NCBI GenBank assembly: GCA_010405405.1
Contig: MU004230.1
Span: 1,708,627-1,772,626 of the forward strand
DNA length: 64,000 nucleotides
From: Microthyrium microscopicum
Taxonomy: Eukaryota
Direction of reading: 5' to 3'
The notes below the pieces were generated by a model. The model did not search any database. It saw only the letters and a list, made by a program, of their open reading frames with translations, and was not told where the DNA came from. How positions within the stretch are numbered: the stretch's first letter is position 1; every line of letters begins with the position of its first letter. Of this stretch, positions 1 to 12,710 are shown one piece after another. Both the position numbers and the translations under genes were made by a program.

Positions 1-516
1 ATGTAATGACGGTTCAACGAGGACAGGGACTAAATCATGCCATCACCGACGTTTCTCAGTTACTGGAAGCGATCACAAAAAGCAGAGGAGACGGAACAAC
101 GAATCAAGCCACAGCTATATCTGATTATGAAGCCAGGATGACTGAGAGATCTGGGGAGGAAGTAAGGCAATGCACTATCAACACTAAAATGCTTCACGAC
201 TGGGCATCATTCCAGAATAGTCCAGTGATGAAAAAGGGACTGAAAAAGGATTGACCCTAGAGGAGGTTACTTGATAAACGAGTTACGACTGTGCTCATTT
301 TATGTTGTTCTAGGATACCCAGATAACATTTGTAGATATCAGTGTATGAATGATGCAATCTTTTGGTCGATTCCATGGTCACTGTCAATAGCAACTCACC
401 GACCAAGCCATCATGCTTATTGAACACTACTGCTCAATAACTTCAAAATCTCTGGCATGGCTTATCGGCTGATGATTGTACCTTTGTAGGCTCACTTTTG
501 TGCTCTCACGCAGTGG

Positions 517-524
517 TATAAAAA
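517..524 (+). promoter_or_regulatory. TATA box of Cys-rich micro-protein gene 1
   Basis: TATAAAAA followed by a pyrimidine-rich tract, 91 nt upstream of the ATG at 608. Confidence 0.55.
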
Positions 525-607
525 TGCTGGGTTTCCCTCTCCTCTGTGGCTCTTCCTACTCTATTATATTCCTCCACCATCATCAAAGATATATACAAGC
601 CTTAAAG

Positions 608-784
608 ATGTGCGACTGGTACGAGATATATTATGATTCATGCAGGCACCAAGTCTTAGACCACGCTCCCTGCCACCTAGAAGCCACGAATGGCAAGCCT
701 TGTACACCAGATGCGATTCATTGGGACACAAATTATTATTTCTGTCCTCCTTGCAGGCTGACTTATCTCAATAATACGTTCTAG
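608..784 (+). CDS. 58-aa Cys/His-rich micro-protein (MCDWYEIYYDSCRHQVLDHAPC...NGKPCT...CPPC), putative Zn-binding
   Basis: ATG in good context (AAGATG), upstream TATA, motif shared with ORFs at 61550-61723 and 61922-62194; the ORF-track start at 476 is not an ATG. Confidence 0.6.
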   Translation: MCDWYEIYYDSCRHQVLDHAPCHLEATNGKPCTPDAIHWDTNYYFCPPCRLTYLNNTF

Positions 785-984
785 CTTGACAGCTTCCCCT
801 TGCAAATATAACGAAGAAAGACTTTGCGTCTTCAAGTTTATACGTGGGGTCTTTTTAAATCTACGGTATCAATATATGGAGACCAGGTTCAATTGCTATT
901 GACCGTAATTGCGTGATAAGCGCAACTCTGACGAACAATTTGAGTTGAAGCTTATCCTGCTATGGAAATTGTTCATTTCATCTT

Positions 985-2303
985 CTACAGTTGTGACATG
1001 GCCAGTTTTTTCACTGAAGGAATAGGAGATCAGCTTGATACTTTCTAATAACAGACTCAGTCTTCTCAACTTACATCTCAGCTCCCGTAAATCCAGGTCC
1101 CAGACACTGATATACTTCTCTAGCACCGCTGATCCTAATACTATTCCGTATGGCAACCTTGATTCCGTGAATAGGCTCTCGCATCGAGCTGCATTGTCAT
1201 CACCAGCCATGCTTTCAATTGTATACTCGTATGCGCTGAGTCGAAAAAACATAGGCAGTCCCAAACTTGTTCCCACATCCATAATGAACTCTGGCATGTC
1301 GCTCCGTCCTTCACAGTTCACAACATAAGGAGCAGTCTTTGAGCTTGGTAACTTGATCATATCGTTGATTTTTTGAGCATAGGGAATCGGGAGAATGATT
1401 CCTGGACGATCAAGTGAGAGTTCTACTTCATTGTAATCCGGTGGGATGATATGTGGGCCAAATGAAATGTTGTTCGCTTGCAAAACCCAAGCATTCCGCC
1501 GGAAGCTCCGATCAGATATTGGTAGAGCGATGATAGCAGTATCCAGTGGATCAAATCGTGAAATCCCAAAGGTAAGATTTCCTTCTGCTCTGTTTCCACT
1601 AGCAGGCTGGGGGCCATGTGGCAATTCGAGGGAGAAGATGTTTTGAGCCAGCGAATTGTTCCCGACCAGTCTTTTCAAAGGAGATGTTATCCCTTCTCCA
1701 GCTGAGCTTGGGATGAATGGAGCTAGACCAAATACTCCATCAAAGCCAGGAATATTAGTACTGAAGTTCCCGTCCGTCGTGAGATATGTTGCGTCTAGAA
1801 ATTCTAATCCAGGAATAGAATATCCGCCAAATTGTGCTATGTCTTTGACGAGATTCCCATCAAAAGCTGTGTTTGAATACTGAGAAACTGACTCAAATTT
1901 GCTATCCAAAAACGTTGTAGAGGCCTTTTCATTGAACTTGTGTCGGCCCTTCTCTTGGCACAGAGTATCTTTGCATTGCGATGATGGAAGCATAAGACCT
2001 AGACTTGTTAGGCTGTTGTCATGTCATATAATGATGATATGACTAACGATTCCAGCCCAAATCTAATCGAAGAACAAAGTTCTGCGAAGGAGTTCCTAGG
2101 CCAAAGTCTATTACGTATCCTCCCGCGGCAGTCTTGAGATCCTGGAATCCAGTCAGAACAGCATAAGTTGATCTATTATGCATAAATACTTTTACTGGAA
2201 CACCTAACCGGCTCTGATCGAACAGAGTCTCCGTTGCCTGTATGGCAAGACCCTCCGACAACCTCAACAGGCCCAAGGTCACGAGGAACGTCGCATATGT
2301 CAT
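985..2303 (-). CDS. Secreted pepsin-family (A1) aspartic protease homolog, probably catalytically impaired; introns 1999-2047 and 1014-1074
   Basis: Signal peptide; YVIDFGLGTPSQNF, FDGVFGLAP, IFSL, IVLGSAVLEKYISVWDL motifs; splicing gives a continuous frame ending RLKKLAMSQL*. Confidence 0.8.
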
Positions 2304-2993
2304 TGAGCAAGTGAGAAACGCAAAAGCATTGTTCTTTACTTGGAGTTGGTTAACAGATCAAATGACAACATTGCCAACCTTGAAAGTGAAGGAAGCGAGG
2401 TTCCTGACACTTCTAACAGGGCAAACGGTGTTCAGAGCGCTACCCATTTTAAGAGCTAAAGTAAATTAAAGTATTCCAGACTCTTAGCGAATCATCTCTA
2501 GACCATGAACTTCAAATGCTATTATTTTACGTTTCATTTCCATGTGAATGTGGATCAATGTTGCAGTGATATATCGCCAACTTATATATTGAAGGAAAGT
2601 CGTGTAATATCTAGCATAAGGTTTACTCTCTTGCAGTGAGTGAAAGTACATAATTCGGAAAGTAGTTCGTTCAAAATCTTCTACGTATTCGTTTCAATAT
2701 GCCCACTGCTTCTTCGTGTTCATTGGGAATTTTTATGAAATGAGCTCTTGTCGTTTTGAGTACAGTTTCAGCACACACAACCTGAACTTAGACTTCTTCA
2801 ATTAGATCTACTCTATCCTTCTTTGAAAACATTGAAGTTTCAAACTATCATGGCAATTTTAATATCAACCTGAAAACAGTATCAAATATCGAAATCTATC
2901 TCCCCACTTATCGAACCCCAAACAACTCCAATACACCACCAACACATCATACCCCCCCTCCACCCGACTCCCCACGATCAAATTATACTCAAC

Positions 2994-3923
2994 ATGACAA
3001 CACCAAACCTAGAACCATCCGCCCTCACCACAATCCTCCCAACCATCCTCCCCCTCCTGCACTCCCACCGCACAAACTCCCCAACCCCCTTCATCCTCGC
3101 CATCTCCGGCGCCCAAGGCTCCGGCAAATCCACCCTCGCTTCCGCCCTCGCGACCTCTCTACGCGCCCACAACTACTCCGTCCTGCCTCTCAGTTTAGAC
3201 GACTTATACCTCCCGCACTCTGGTCTAGTGCGTGCACGTGAATCAGGGAATGCATTGTTGCGCACACGGGGCGCACCGGGGACGCACGATGAGGTGTTGG
3301 GCGCGGAGGTATTTGGGAAATTGAGGAAGGGTGAGGACGTGAAGGTGCCGCAGTTTGATAAGAGCAGGTTTAGTGGGGAGGGCGATAGAGTGAGCGAGGA
3401 AGAGTGGGAGGTCGTGGGACGGGTGGATGTTGTGGTTTTTGAGGGGTGGTGTGTAGGTTTTCGGGCTTTGAGCGCTGAGGCCGTCGAAGAGAAATGGATG
3501 GCGGCAAAGGAGGAGGCGAAGCGGAAGGGATGTGTGGAAAGAACGAATGCGTTGGCGGGATATGAATTGGCGGATGTACAAGCGATCAATGTGAATCTAG
3601 CGCGGTATGAGGCTGCGTTCATGGGCCCGCAATGTGTGGATTATATGGTGCATTTGGATACGGAGAATTTGGAGACGGTGTTTGGGTGGCGGACGGAGCA
3701 GGAACATGTCCTGAAGAAGCTGAAGGGCGAGGGAATGGGTGATGAGCAAGTAGAGCGGTTTGTGATGGGTTATATGCCGAGTTATCAGCTGTATTTGGAT
3801 GAGCTGCGGACGAAGCCATTCTTTAAGGATGATCCAGAGTATAAGCAAGGGAGAAAGGGGCAATTACTCGTGGTGCTCGATAAGAACCGACAGGTAGTGC
3901 GGACTAAAGACTGGTCTCTATAG
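2994..3923 (+). CDS. P-loop kinase, TDA10 / D-glycerate 3-kinase-like
   Basis: ISGAQGSGKST Walker A, SLDDLYL, RGAPGTHD, FEGWCVGF motifs; single 309-aa ORF. Confidence 0.9.
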   Translation: MTTPNLEPSALTTILPTILPLLHSHRTNSPTPFILAISGAQGSGKSTLASALATSLRAHNYSVLPLSLDDLYLPHSGLVRARESGNALLRTRGAPGTHDEVLGAEVFGKLRKGEDVKVPQFDKSRFSGEGDRVSEEEWEVVGRVDVVVFEGWCVGFRALSAEAVEEKWMAAKEEAKRKGCVERTNALAGYELADVQAINVNLARYEAAFMGPQCVDYMVHLDTENLETVFGWRTEQEHVLKKLKGEGMGDEQVERFVMGYMPSYQLYLDELRTKPFFKDDPEYKQGRKGQLLVVLDKNRQVVRTKDWSL

Positions 3924-4147
3924 ATGGTGCAGACTTGACAATAGTGATATTATGTATTGATACCTTAGCTACACCGAAATCAATATCGCACGTTCAAGTC
4001 AGAATCGTGGGATTCAGGCTGTTATGGCTCATAATGTATATTCAGCCTGTCCATTCACTAAGCTCAAATCGAATGGATCTGGTAACCAGATATATAAGAT
4101 ACATTGATTGCAATCCATGTAAGAATGTACAACATGAGCAGAAAATA

Positions 4148-7000
4148 TCAGTTTCTCAAAACATGCACGAAAGCGGTGGATTTTTCCTAACTTTGTTAGC
4201 ATATTAACGTTGAGTTTTAGACAACATTACTTACCCATTGAACTTCTTCTTTGTTTGTCTTGGGATTGACCTTGACAGCAAGTATCTCTACCTCGATCTT
4301 GGAAACACCACCTCGCCCAAGGCTACACTCGAATATTGGGTTGGTCTTATCTCGTTCCTGATTTCCAAGCTTGGTATTTTCGCTATGTCGATGGCCATTG
4401 ACCATTACGAATATACGATAACCTCTATCGGTAGCTGCAACCGGGATATTGGGAGTGATCTGCAGCTGATACTGCGATGCAGGAACAGTGAATGTGACGG
4501 ATTGGTGGAGGCTGGTTTTGGATGCTGGAACACGGAATGACAACGGGTTCCGCAAACCCAGAGCAGGATGAGTTTGGATCAATACAGATGGTAAAAGGTA
4601 GTCGGATGGATCTGAAATAGTCAGTAGGCATGCAACACTTCTTCTACAAGCTCCTTACCTTGATCTTTAGCTCGAAACTTGCTTGGGACGAGACCTGGGG
4701 GCGGTCCATCAGAAGCCTGAGTAGTGTAATAAGATGAAGTCTGTTGTTGCGGATGTGGGCTGTTGCTTGTAGGCCGTAGAGGTCCACCGTACTGGACAGC
4801 CGCATGAGCAGGGTGAATAGGATTGAGAGAAGGGGATTGTGTAGCAGTCTCGTTCTTCACACCATTTCCTAGTACGGGAATCGAGGCAGCAGACGCACTA
4901 CGACTTGCACTCGTAGGAAGGGGCGGGATAGCACCTCCACTACCAGTAAATGGGTTTCTAGGACCACCGTTGACAGTTGAACGGGCTCCATTGACTCCTG
5001 CCGACACCATTTGCTGTTGGCGTTCCAGAGCATCATTATGCACCAGAAGCCCAGGCGTGCTACGCGCAGGCGTTGATGGACCGGGCGTAGAAGAGGGGCT
5101 ATCTCTCATAGCTCCGAATTTGATTTTGATACCAGATTGCTTTGGTTCTGCGACTTTGAGTTTCAGTGTTTGTGCTTGAGGCTTGTGCACTAGTGCTTTT
5201 GCTGCTTCAAGCTTTTCTCTAAATGTTTCCTACTGGTGGTTAACAGTGGCTATATTGCATTTCGAAATTACTTGTCATACCTCGAACTCGTTTGCCAGGT
5301 TGAACATCTCGCTTCCATCTTCGTTGTACGTCTGCGCGTTTTCCCAGACGTATGTGACTTCCTCTTCGAAAGCATCCCAGCTGTGGAAATCAGAAATTCC
5401 AGTAGCTGCATTTCGGCCGTGAATGCCACGCACGCGCTTCTGCAGGCTTTTTAGCGAGACTGGATGTCGTATTACTTGATAGTAATCGGTCAAAGTCCGC
5501 GATGGCAGATTGATGAAAGGTGTGAATATTTGCAGTCCTTCCCTGTATCACTTGTAAGAAACAATTCCACAGGATTGCAATCTTGAAGTTGAACTTACTC
5601 TTCGTGATCAATAAGCTCAGAAATGATCATGTCCTGAGCTTTTTCAAGGGTCCGGCCCTTGAATCTTTGGGGATCGGAAGGATCAATGTCCTCGTCGTCG
5701 TCCTGGATGCTTACAGATTTGCGAGCAGAAATTGCTGATGATCCGCGTCTAGCAGAACGTTCTGCACCTCCCATGGTCAATCTGCCGCTGTAAGATGGAG
5801 TGCCTTGCATGGACACATCAAGCATGTGAGTATCGTCTGGAATAGGTGTAGCCACCGCGACATAGTTGGGATTCCGATATGCCGGGTTATGTCTGGTCAT
5901 GAAATTTGACGCGGTCTTACGAACTCTCTCAGCATCTTCGTAGAGAGCAGAACCTTTTTCATTGAATGACTTGGCATTAGCGACCATGCGCTTGCAGTCA
6001 CTTTCCAAAGCTGATAGGTTATGGTATTCTCTGTTCAAGAGTTTTGTCTGTAGTGCATGAGAGGATGTTGTTCTAAGATGGCCAAGGTTAGTTACTCACC
6101 TCAATTGTATCAAGTGCAATGGGTAGTTTTGTGACTTCGTAGTAACCTGGGATGTGCTGAAACTATGTTAGCGGCCTTCTACCATTTGCGGGGCGATCGC
6201 AATTACTCTATCCGGTAATGTTAGGAAGTTTGTTGCAATAGGTCGTCCACTAATTACCAAGTTAGTACCCCAATCTTTTCAACGCAGTTGGTTCAAAGAT
6301 CTTGTATGAAGGAAGTGAACTTACGTTTTGTCTCTGGCATTGCGAATTGAGTCTAGAAATCTTATTCCAGTCTCTGTAGTAGTTTCTGCAGTTTCTTCAG
6401 ACTGGTCCATTGCTCCCTATAGTAGTAGATGCCATGATTAGCAATTGACCGCCAAGGATATTTGGCTATATAATTTGACGTTGATGGTATTATTCCAACG
6501 AGCAGAGCTGATTGAAGCAGAAGTTGAAGCAGTGAATATGCAACACCTGCTGCAGGCAGAGAATGGGATATCTGCTGCAGACCTTGGACCATCTGGGTCT
6601 TGGTGGAGGTGCAAGGGGAGTACTCTAGTAGTATCAATGGACAATTGCAAGGTTGGGGGTTACTCTAGAGTATTGGGTAGGCAGATTGAGGTGCTGGCGG
6701 GCTGCACGCTTCCAGAATAAACATGGATTATTGATGCGCTCAAATCTTCTTGTTCTGGCTGGCGCGTCGCCCTCTTTCTGCTTCAATTCAGGGTCCCGAT
6801 CTGACAGACAACCTGGACTGTCACCTCAACTCTGTCTTCTTGCCCCTTTGGTATCTTGTGCAGGTCGTCGCCTGGGTAGTGTGCTTGTCCATTCCATCTC
6901 TAAAACTTACCGGTAGTCTCTGGCGCTTTGTGCTTCGTGGGGTTTCCGTCTCAAAGGCAGCTTGCGCAGCGGCTTTCCGCTTCGCGTCGCGTTGATCCAT
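4148..7000 (-). CDS. Tandem-bromodomain chromatin-remodelling protein (RSC4/polybromo-like), multi-exon
   Basis: Two bromodomain segments (MVANAKSFNEKGSALYEDA; YYQVIRHPVSL...VWENAQTYNEDGSEMF); start MDQRDAKRK at 7000; last exon EKSTAFVHVLRN* ends at 4148. Confidence 0.8.
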
Positions 7001-7574
7001 TGCAGCGATGGTGTCTAGTCGCGTGGACGACTTGGAAGGTTTCGAGGTTGGGGCGGGGTATTTCGAGGTGGCAGATGGCTGTAAAATGTGTATAAAAGTA
7101 GTGAACAGGCTGTAAGAGAGGTAACCTGAGGTGCAGTGGGCAAAAATGAGATGATGGGGATGATCTCTAGTGGTTCTTTGGCGCGATTGCACCTCGTTCA
7201 ATGTTCAGTAGCTGGCTCTCAGGGCTTGGAGTTGCAGCCTTGGCATTCACCCTCGGCTAAATCTCGGCCATTAGTTGCTTCCATACATCATCTCTTATAG
7301 AGAACGCATATAGCGAGATCAATAGGCTATTTTCATTGTCTCCTATACTATCAAAAGTTCGCATATACACGATCATGCCGCTGCAGTCCTGGTCAAAGGT
7401 TACCTTTCAGACCCACTCGTGGGAATGCATCACAAGGCTTGCCCACCCCTCAGGCTAGTTGAAAAGGTATGCTGTATGCAAACCACACGGTACCCATCGA
7501 ATGGATCGCCAAAACTTTCATTATTCCTCGCTTTCGTCACATCTACAAGCACGAAGCTTGAAACGCATATACGC

Positions 7575-9055
<1,481 letters not shown>

Positions 9056-9305
9056 AATATCGATCTAGGTGAGTGTATGCCTGGAAGGCGAGGTTGTAGG
9101 GGTTTTGTATAGATTGTGAGAATCTGACCGGTCGTAAATCAGGTATCTGTATGCAGGAGAGTAGGGAAGGAAGGTGGGTGTGGTGGGGTAGATGAGGTTA
9201 AGCAACAGGCGTTTGCTGTAGGATTATCGTAACTTTGCCTGTGACAACAGTATAGGAACACTCTAGGAATAGATGGAGAATATCAGAGAAGAATCAGATC
9301 AGGAT

Positions 9306-9340
9306 GGGAAGGGAAGGGAAGGGAAGGGAAGGGAAGGGAA
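9306..9340. repeat. (GGGAA)7 microsatellite in the cmkA core promoter
   Basis: Seven perfect GGGAA units; minus-strand TATAAA at 9352-9357 directly upstream. Confidence 0.95.
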
Positions 9341-10439
9341 AAGAATGCTGGTTTATAGTCGCAATGGTGCCCGATGCGGCTGAGCATTGGAGGTTTCGCT
9401 TTGCGGCAACGAAAGACCAGAAGGCGCAAGGCACTGCCGTCAGCACTTACCCATTCAACTAGTAGCCATTGACCTGTTACAGCCAGCAGCTATGTTGTTT
9501 GTTTCACGATACCGTGAGTACATACTGGATAGTATGATCAATGATGTGGAAAGAATCACCAGGTATGACGGAGAGAGCCTGGCGTGGCAATGGCGACTAG
9601 AGTAACACAAGGCAGTATTTCAAGAGGCCACCAGACATCTCTTTCGGAGCATTTACCTTACAACGAGCGAACTCGCCATGGGCTCAAATGCTACAGGTAG
9701 ACAACTGGCCTGAACGACTAAAGCTTCAATGTAGAGGCCCGAGGGTTCAACATCTAACGTCCTGGCCTTTGTCGCAGCAAAAGCTCAGGAACTCTCTCAA
9801 ATTACAACTGTTCATCATCCCTTACGACGCTGAACATAACGTGAGCTTCCGAAGTGATCTTGTTGGATGAATACATATCTCTGTTCCTCTATCAAGCTTA
9901 CCAGAGCGAGAATTAGAAGAGACCTTCAAGACCTTGTAACTGGATGGTTCCAAGGTTGGGGTCGTTAAGTGCTGCCAATAAAGCTTGGATACCGACAAGG
10001 TTTCTGGGGGAAAGGCCCACTTTTATGGCTTGCACCGCCACAGAACGATGCATGCAGCATGGCCACGGATACTTCTCACGTCCCGTCCAGCTTGCTGCTT
10101 TGGAGCATGCTGCATGGATCAATCGCGTCGCGAACTGTTGTCTGTCTTGACTCTTGAGTGATCTGCTTTCTGTCAGCTTCGGAGGTTCGGCAAGGCTCGA
10201 GCTGTAATTGCGCCAGCGATTGTTCCAGCTATGGCTGCTGTTCGATTTGGTGTCTTTCACTTGCAGATAGAGCCGAAGAGCTGATATATGCGCCGCGCCG
10301 TCTAGATTCCTGATGGGAGGAATTCCTGATCCGGTTGATTGGGTATGTATTTTGCCTTTTACCAACCTGATGTGACCTAATGCCCTGATAGTCTAAAGAT
10401 CCGTATTGGACGCAAAGACGCTTTTCACCAGCTCAGATC

Positions 10440-12230
10440 TTGGTGTTTGACGTACGAATAGCAGTCAAGCCATGGCAAACCAACGACCCCAACGCTGGTG
10501 CTTGGATAGAGATGTTCGAGACCCTCTCATCAAGCTTGGTTGACGATCTTCAGGCAAGAGATCATCTCTCCGAGACTGTAGATGTAGAAAAGCTGCCTAC
10601 AGCAAACAGGACGGAGCAACGTAAGCTCAAGGAGATGATTCACGAGTATGGCTGGCTCAACTGTCTTCGTGGAGAGGGCATTCAAAAGACTGTCGATGAC
10701 CCCCAGAACTTTCGAAAGGTCCGATGGGTTCACATGTCGAGCAAATTTACCGAATACTTACAAGGGTGCTTCATTGCTCTATCAAACTGGAAGCAACCAC
10801 AGGCTGCAGAATCTATACTGGCTGGTTTCCGCCAGATAGAACAAAGCGTTCAACAGAATGAACGCTTTTCAAAACACGGGCGCTATTTTTCTCCATTCTT
10901 TGAGCCACTATCCGAATCCAAAGATGGGCCATTCCTCATTTGCGTACCATTTCTGGACTGGACTGTTGAAGGAGAACCTCCAGCGCTGCGTTTTCAGGTA
11001 GATCCAAGAGAAGGCTATCAATCGACTCGCGGTTCGGCTCACGTCTTACGCACGATTCTACAGCACTATTATCGTCTTGAGGACACTCGTGATAGAGAGT
11101 CGCAACAGTGCTTTACTAAACACAAGCCTTGGGCCACTGATCGATATCTCGATCTAAAAGTTCGCCGCTGGTATGGAGAGTACCCCAGTGCCTTGAACGT
11201 AGACGAACTCTGGATACTTGTCATAGATCCACAGCATATTGTGACCTTTTCAAGCAATCAAAGCTGGAAGTCCAGATGGCCGCCTCTTCAGTTTGCCTCC
11301 AGGGTTATGGAAATATCATTTCGGGCAATCAGGAATGACCTTTATCACCTTGGGGACGGATCATCTGACTATTCGGCCTACACACATTCTGCAGCATGCC
11401 TTACAGGAGCGCTAGGCCTCCTGCACCGCTATTTCTGGACGGATCTACCGCTATCTCTTGTCGATCGATATGCTAGCTACTTGAGCCATCTCCAATATCG
11501 ACTTTTGCGATCTCCTAGTACCAAGCTTGTTATGGATCTTCTCCAAGTGCAAGAAGAGCTAAACATCATCATCCAGCTGATGAACCAGCAAATGGAGTTG
11601 ATAGAAGATATTCAAACCGAGTTTAGCGCGGAAGGCATTGAACTGTTGAGTCCACCTAGATCAAGAGCATCTTCAACTATTCATCGAAAGCGCATGTCAC
11701 TCCCCCCGAAAATAGTCAATCAGACAACTCGGACCACCTATAAACGTTTTGGGTCATCGTTCCATACTGACCCCATGCAACAGCTTCACGATAATCTTCG
11801 CAGAGAACATGTCGATATATGCGAGCTACGAGACCACTGTAACACTTTGGTCCAAAGGACGATTCAATTGGTCAACATAAGATTGGAGGACCACGGAAAA
11901 GCAATCCTGGTATTTACAATTGTCACAATCATATTTCTACCCTTGTCATTTGCTTCTTCATATTTTGGCATGAATACAGTCGACATCAGAAACCTGCAAT
12001 CAACTCAAAGCCTGTTTTGGATCGTCGCGTGCTCGCTCACTGTTGGCGTGGTGGGATTTTCCCTCTTCTTGGCTTTTTATGGCGGAGACTTGATGGAAGC
12101 TTTCATTGAATGGAGAGCAAAGAGAAAACCCTTTCCTCGGAGGCTTAAAAATCTCAATCAAAATACTGGATCAGCGAATTTGAGACCTGGACAGCAGAGT
12201 TTCGAAGTTTTAGGCACCACAAGCTTCTGA
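10440..12230 (+). CDS. Fungal CorA-like Mg2+ transporter-domain protein; 5' exon(s) unresolved
   Basis: C-terminal FTIVTIIFLPLSFASSYFGMN with two TM helices; VDELW motif; probable intron starting at 10343. Confidence 0.8.
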   Translation: MVFDVRIAVKPWQTNDPNAGAWIEMFETLSSSLVDDLQARDHLSETVDVEKLPTANRTEQRKLKEMIHEYGWLNCLRGEGIQKTVDDPQNFRKVRWVHMSSKFTEYLQGCFIALSNWKQPQAAESILAGFRQIEQSVQQNERFSKHGRYFSPFFEPLSESKDGPFLICVPFLDWTVEGEPPALRFQVDPREGYQSTRGSAHVLRTILQHYYRLEDTRDRESQQCFTKHKPWATDRYLDLKVRRWYGEYPSALNVDELWILVIDPQHIVTFSSNQSWKSRWPPLQFASRVMEISFRAIRNDLYHLGDGSSDYSAYTHSAACLTGALGLLHRYFWTDLPLSLVDRYASYLSHLQYRLLRSPSTKLVMDLLQVQEELNIIIQLMNQQMELIEDIQTEFSAEGIELLSPPRSRASSTIHRKRMSLPPKIVNQTTRTTYKRFGSSFHTDPMQQLHDNLRREHVDICELRDHCNTLVQRTIQLVNIRLEDHGKAILVFTIVTIIFLPLSFASSYFGMNTVDIRNLQSTQSLFWIVACSLTVGVVGFSLFLAFYGGDLMEAFIEWRAKRKPFPRRLKNLNQNTGSANLRPGQQSFEVLGTTSF

Positions 12231-12710
12231 GTTACACAACTCTCTGCTGTAGTCCACCAGTTTACACGCTCCTCGAAATGTCGAATCAAATACCATATCA
12301 AATCTTCTCGCCGGAGGCTAGCAGCAGCTAGCAGTAAAAGATATACTCCGTTTGTCGACGGCTATGAGACAAAGCCTTACAAGCCATCGCCACAGCACAT
12401 ATGTGGTATGCCGCCCTGAAGTGTTTGCTAAATTTGTTCCACCCGCCGAGACTATGGCAGCTAAGCCAAATAATATCAACATCTAGAGCTGGCAGCGCGC
12501 ATCAAAACAAATTACACGCGGACGCTAATAGACGTTTGTTTCGTTGGTTATCCTACTTAAGACTGTCTTGAGCCCATTTGAGACAGTCGGATTATAGAGA
12601 CCTTGATATTCACAGACTGTACAGCTACAAGAGCCCGTCTTCTGCTAATCCAGAATTGATATTACTTCTATACTTGTTGATCTATATCTTGGTTGGGAAT
12701 TCCCGCAGCT

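Noticed and set aside
6..254. 82-aa ORF at the window edge
   Set aside because: May be the 3' end of an upstream gene, but there is no recognisable motif to support a call
2994..3923. Sharp switch from C-rich to G-rich sequence inside the TDA10-like gene (also in SLU7)
   Set aside because: The same 5'-C/3'-G skew recurs in several genes here and the proteins are intact; a compositional trend, not a chimera
9387..10365. Short ORFs upstream of the CorA-like gene
   Set aside because: Could not assemble a consistent spliced model on either strand
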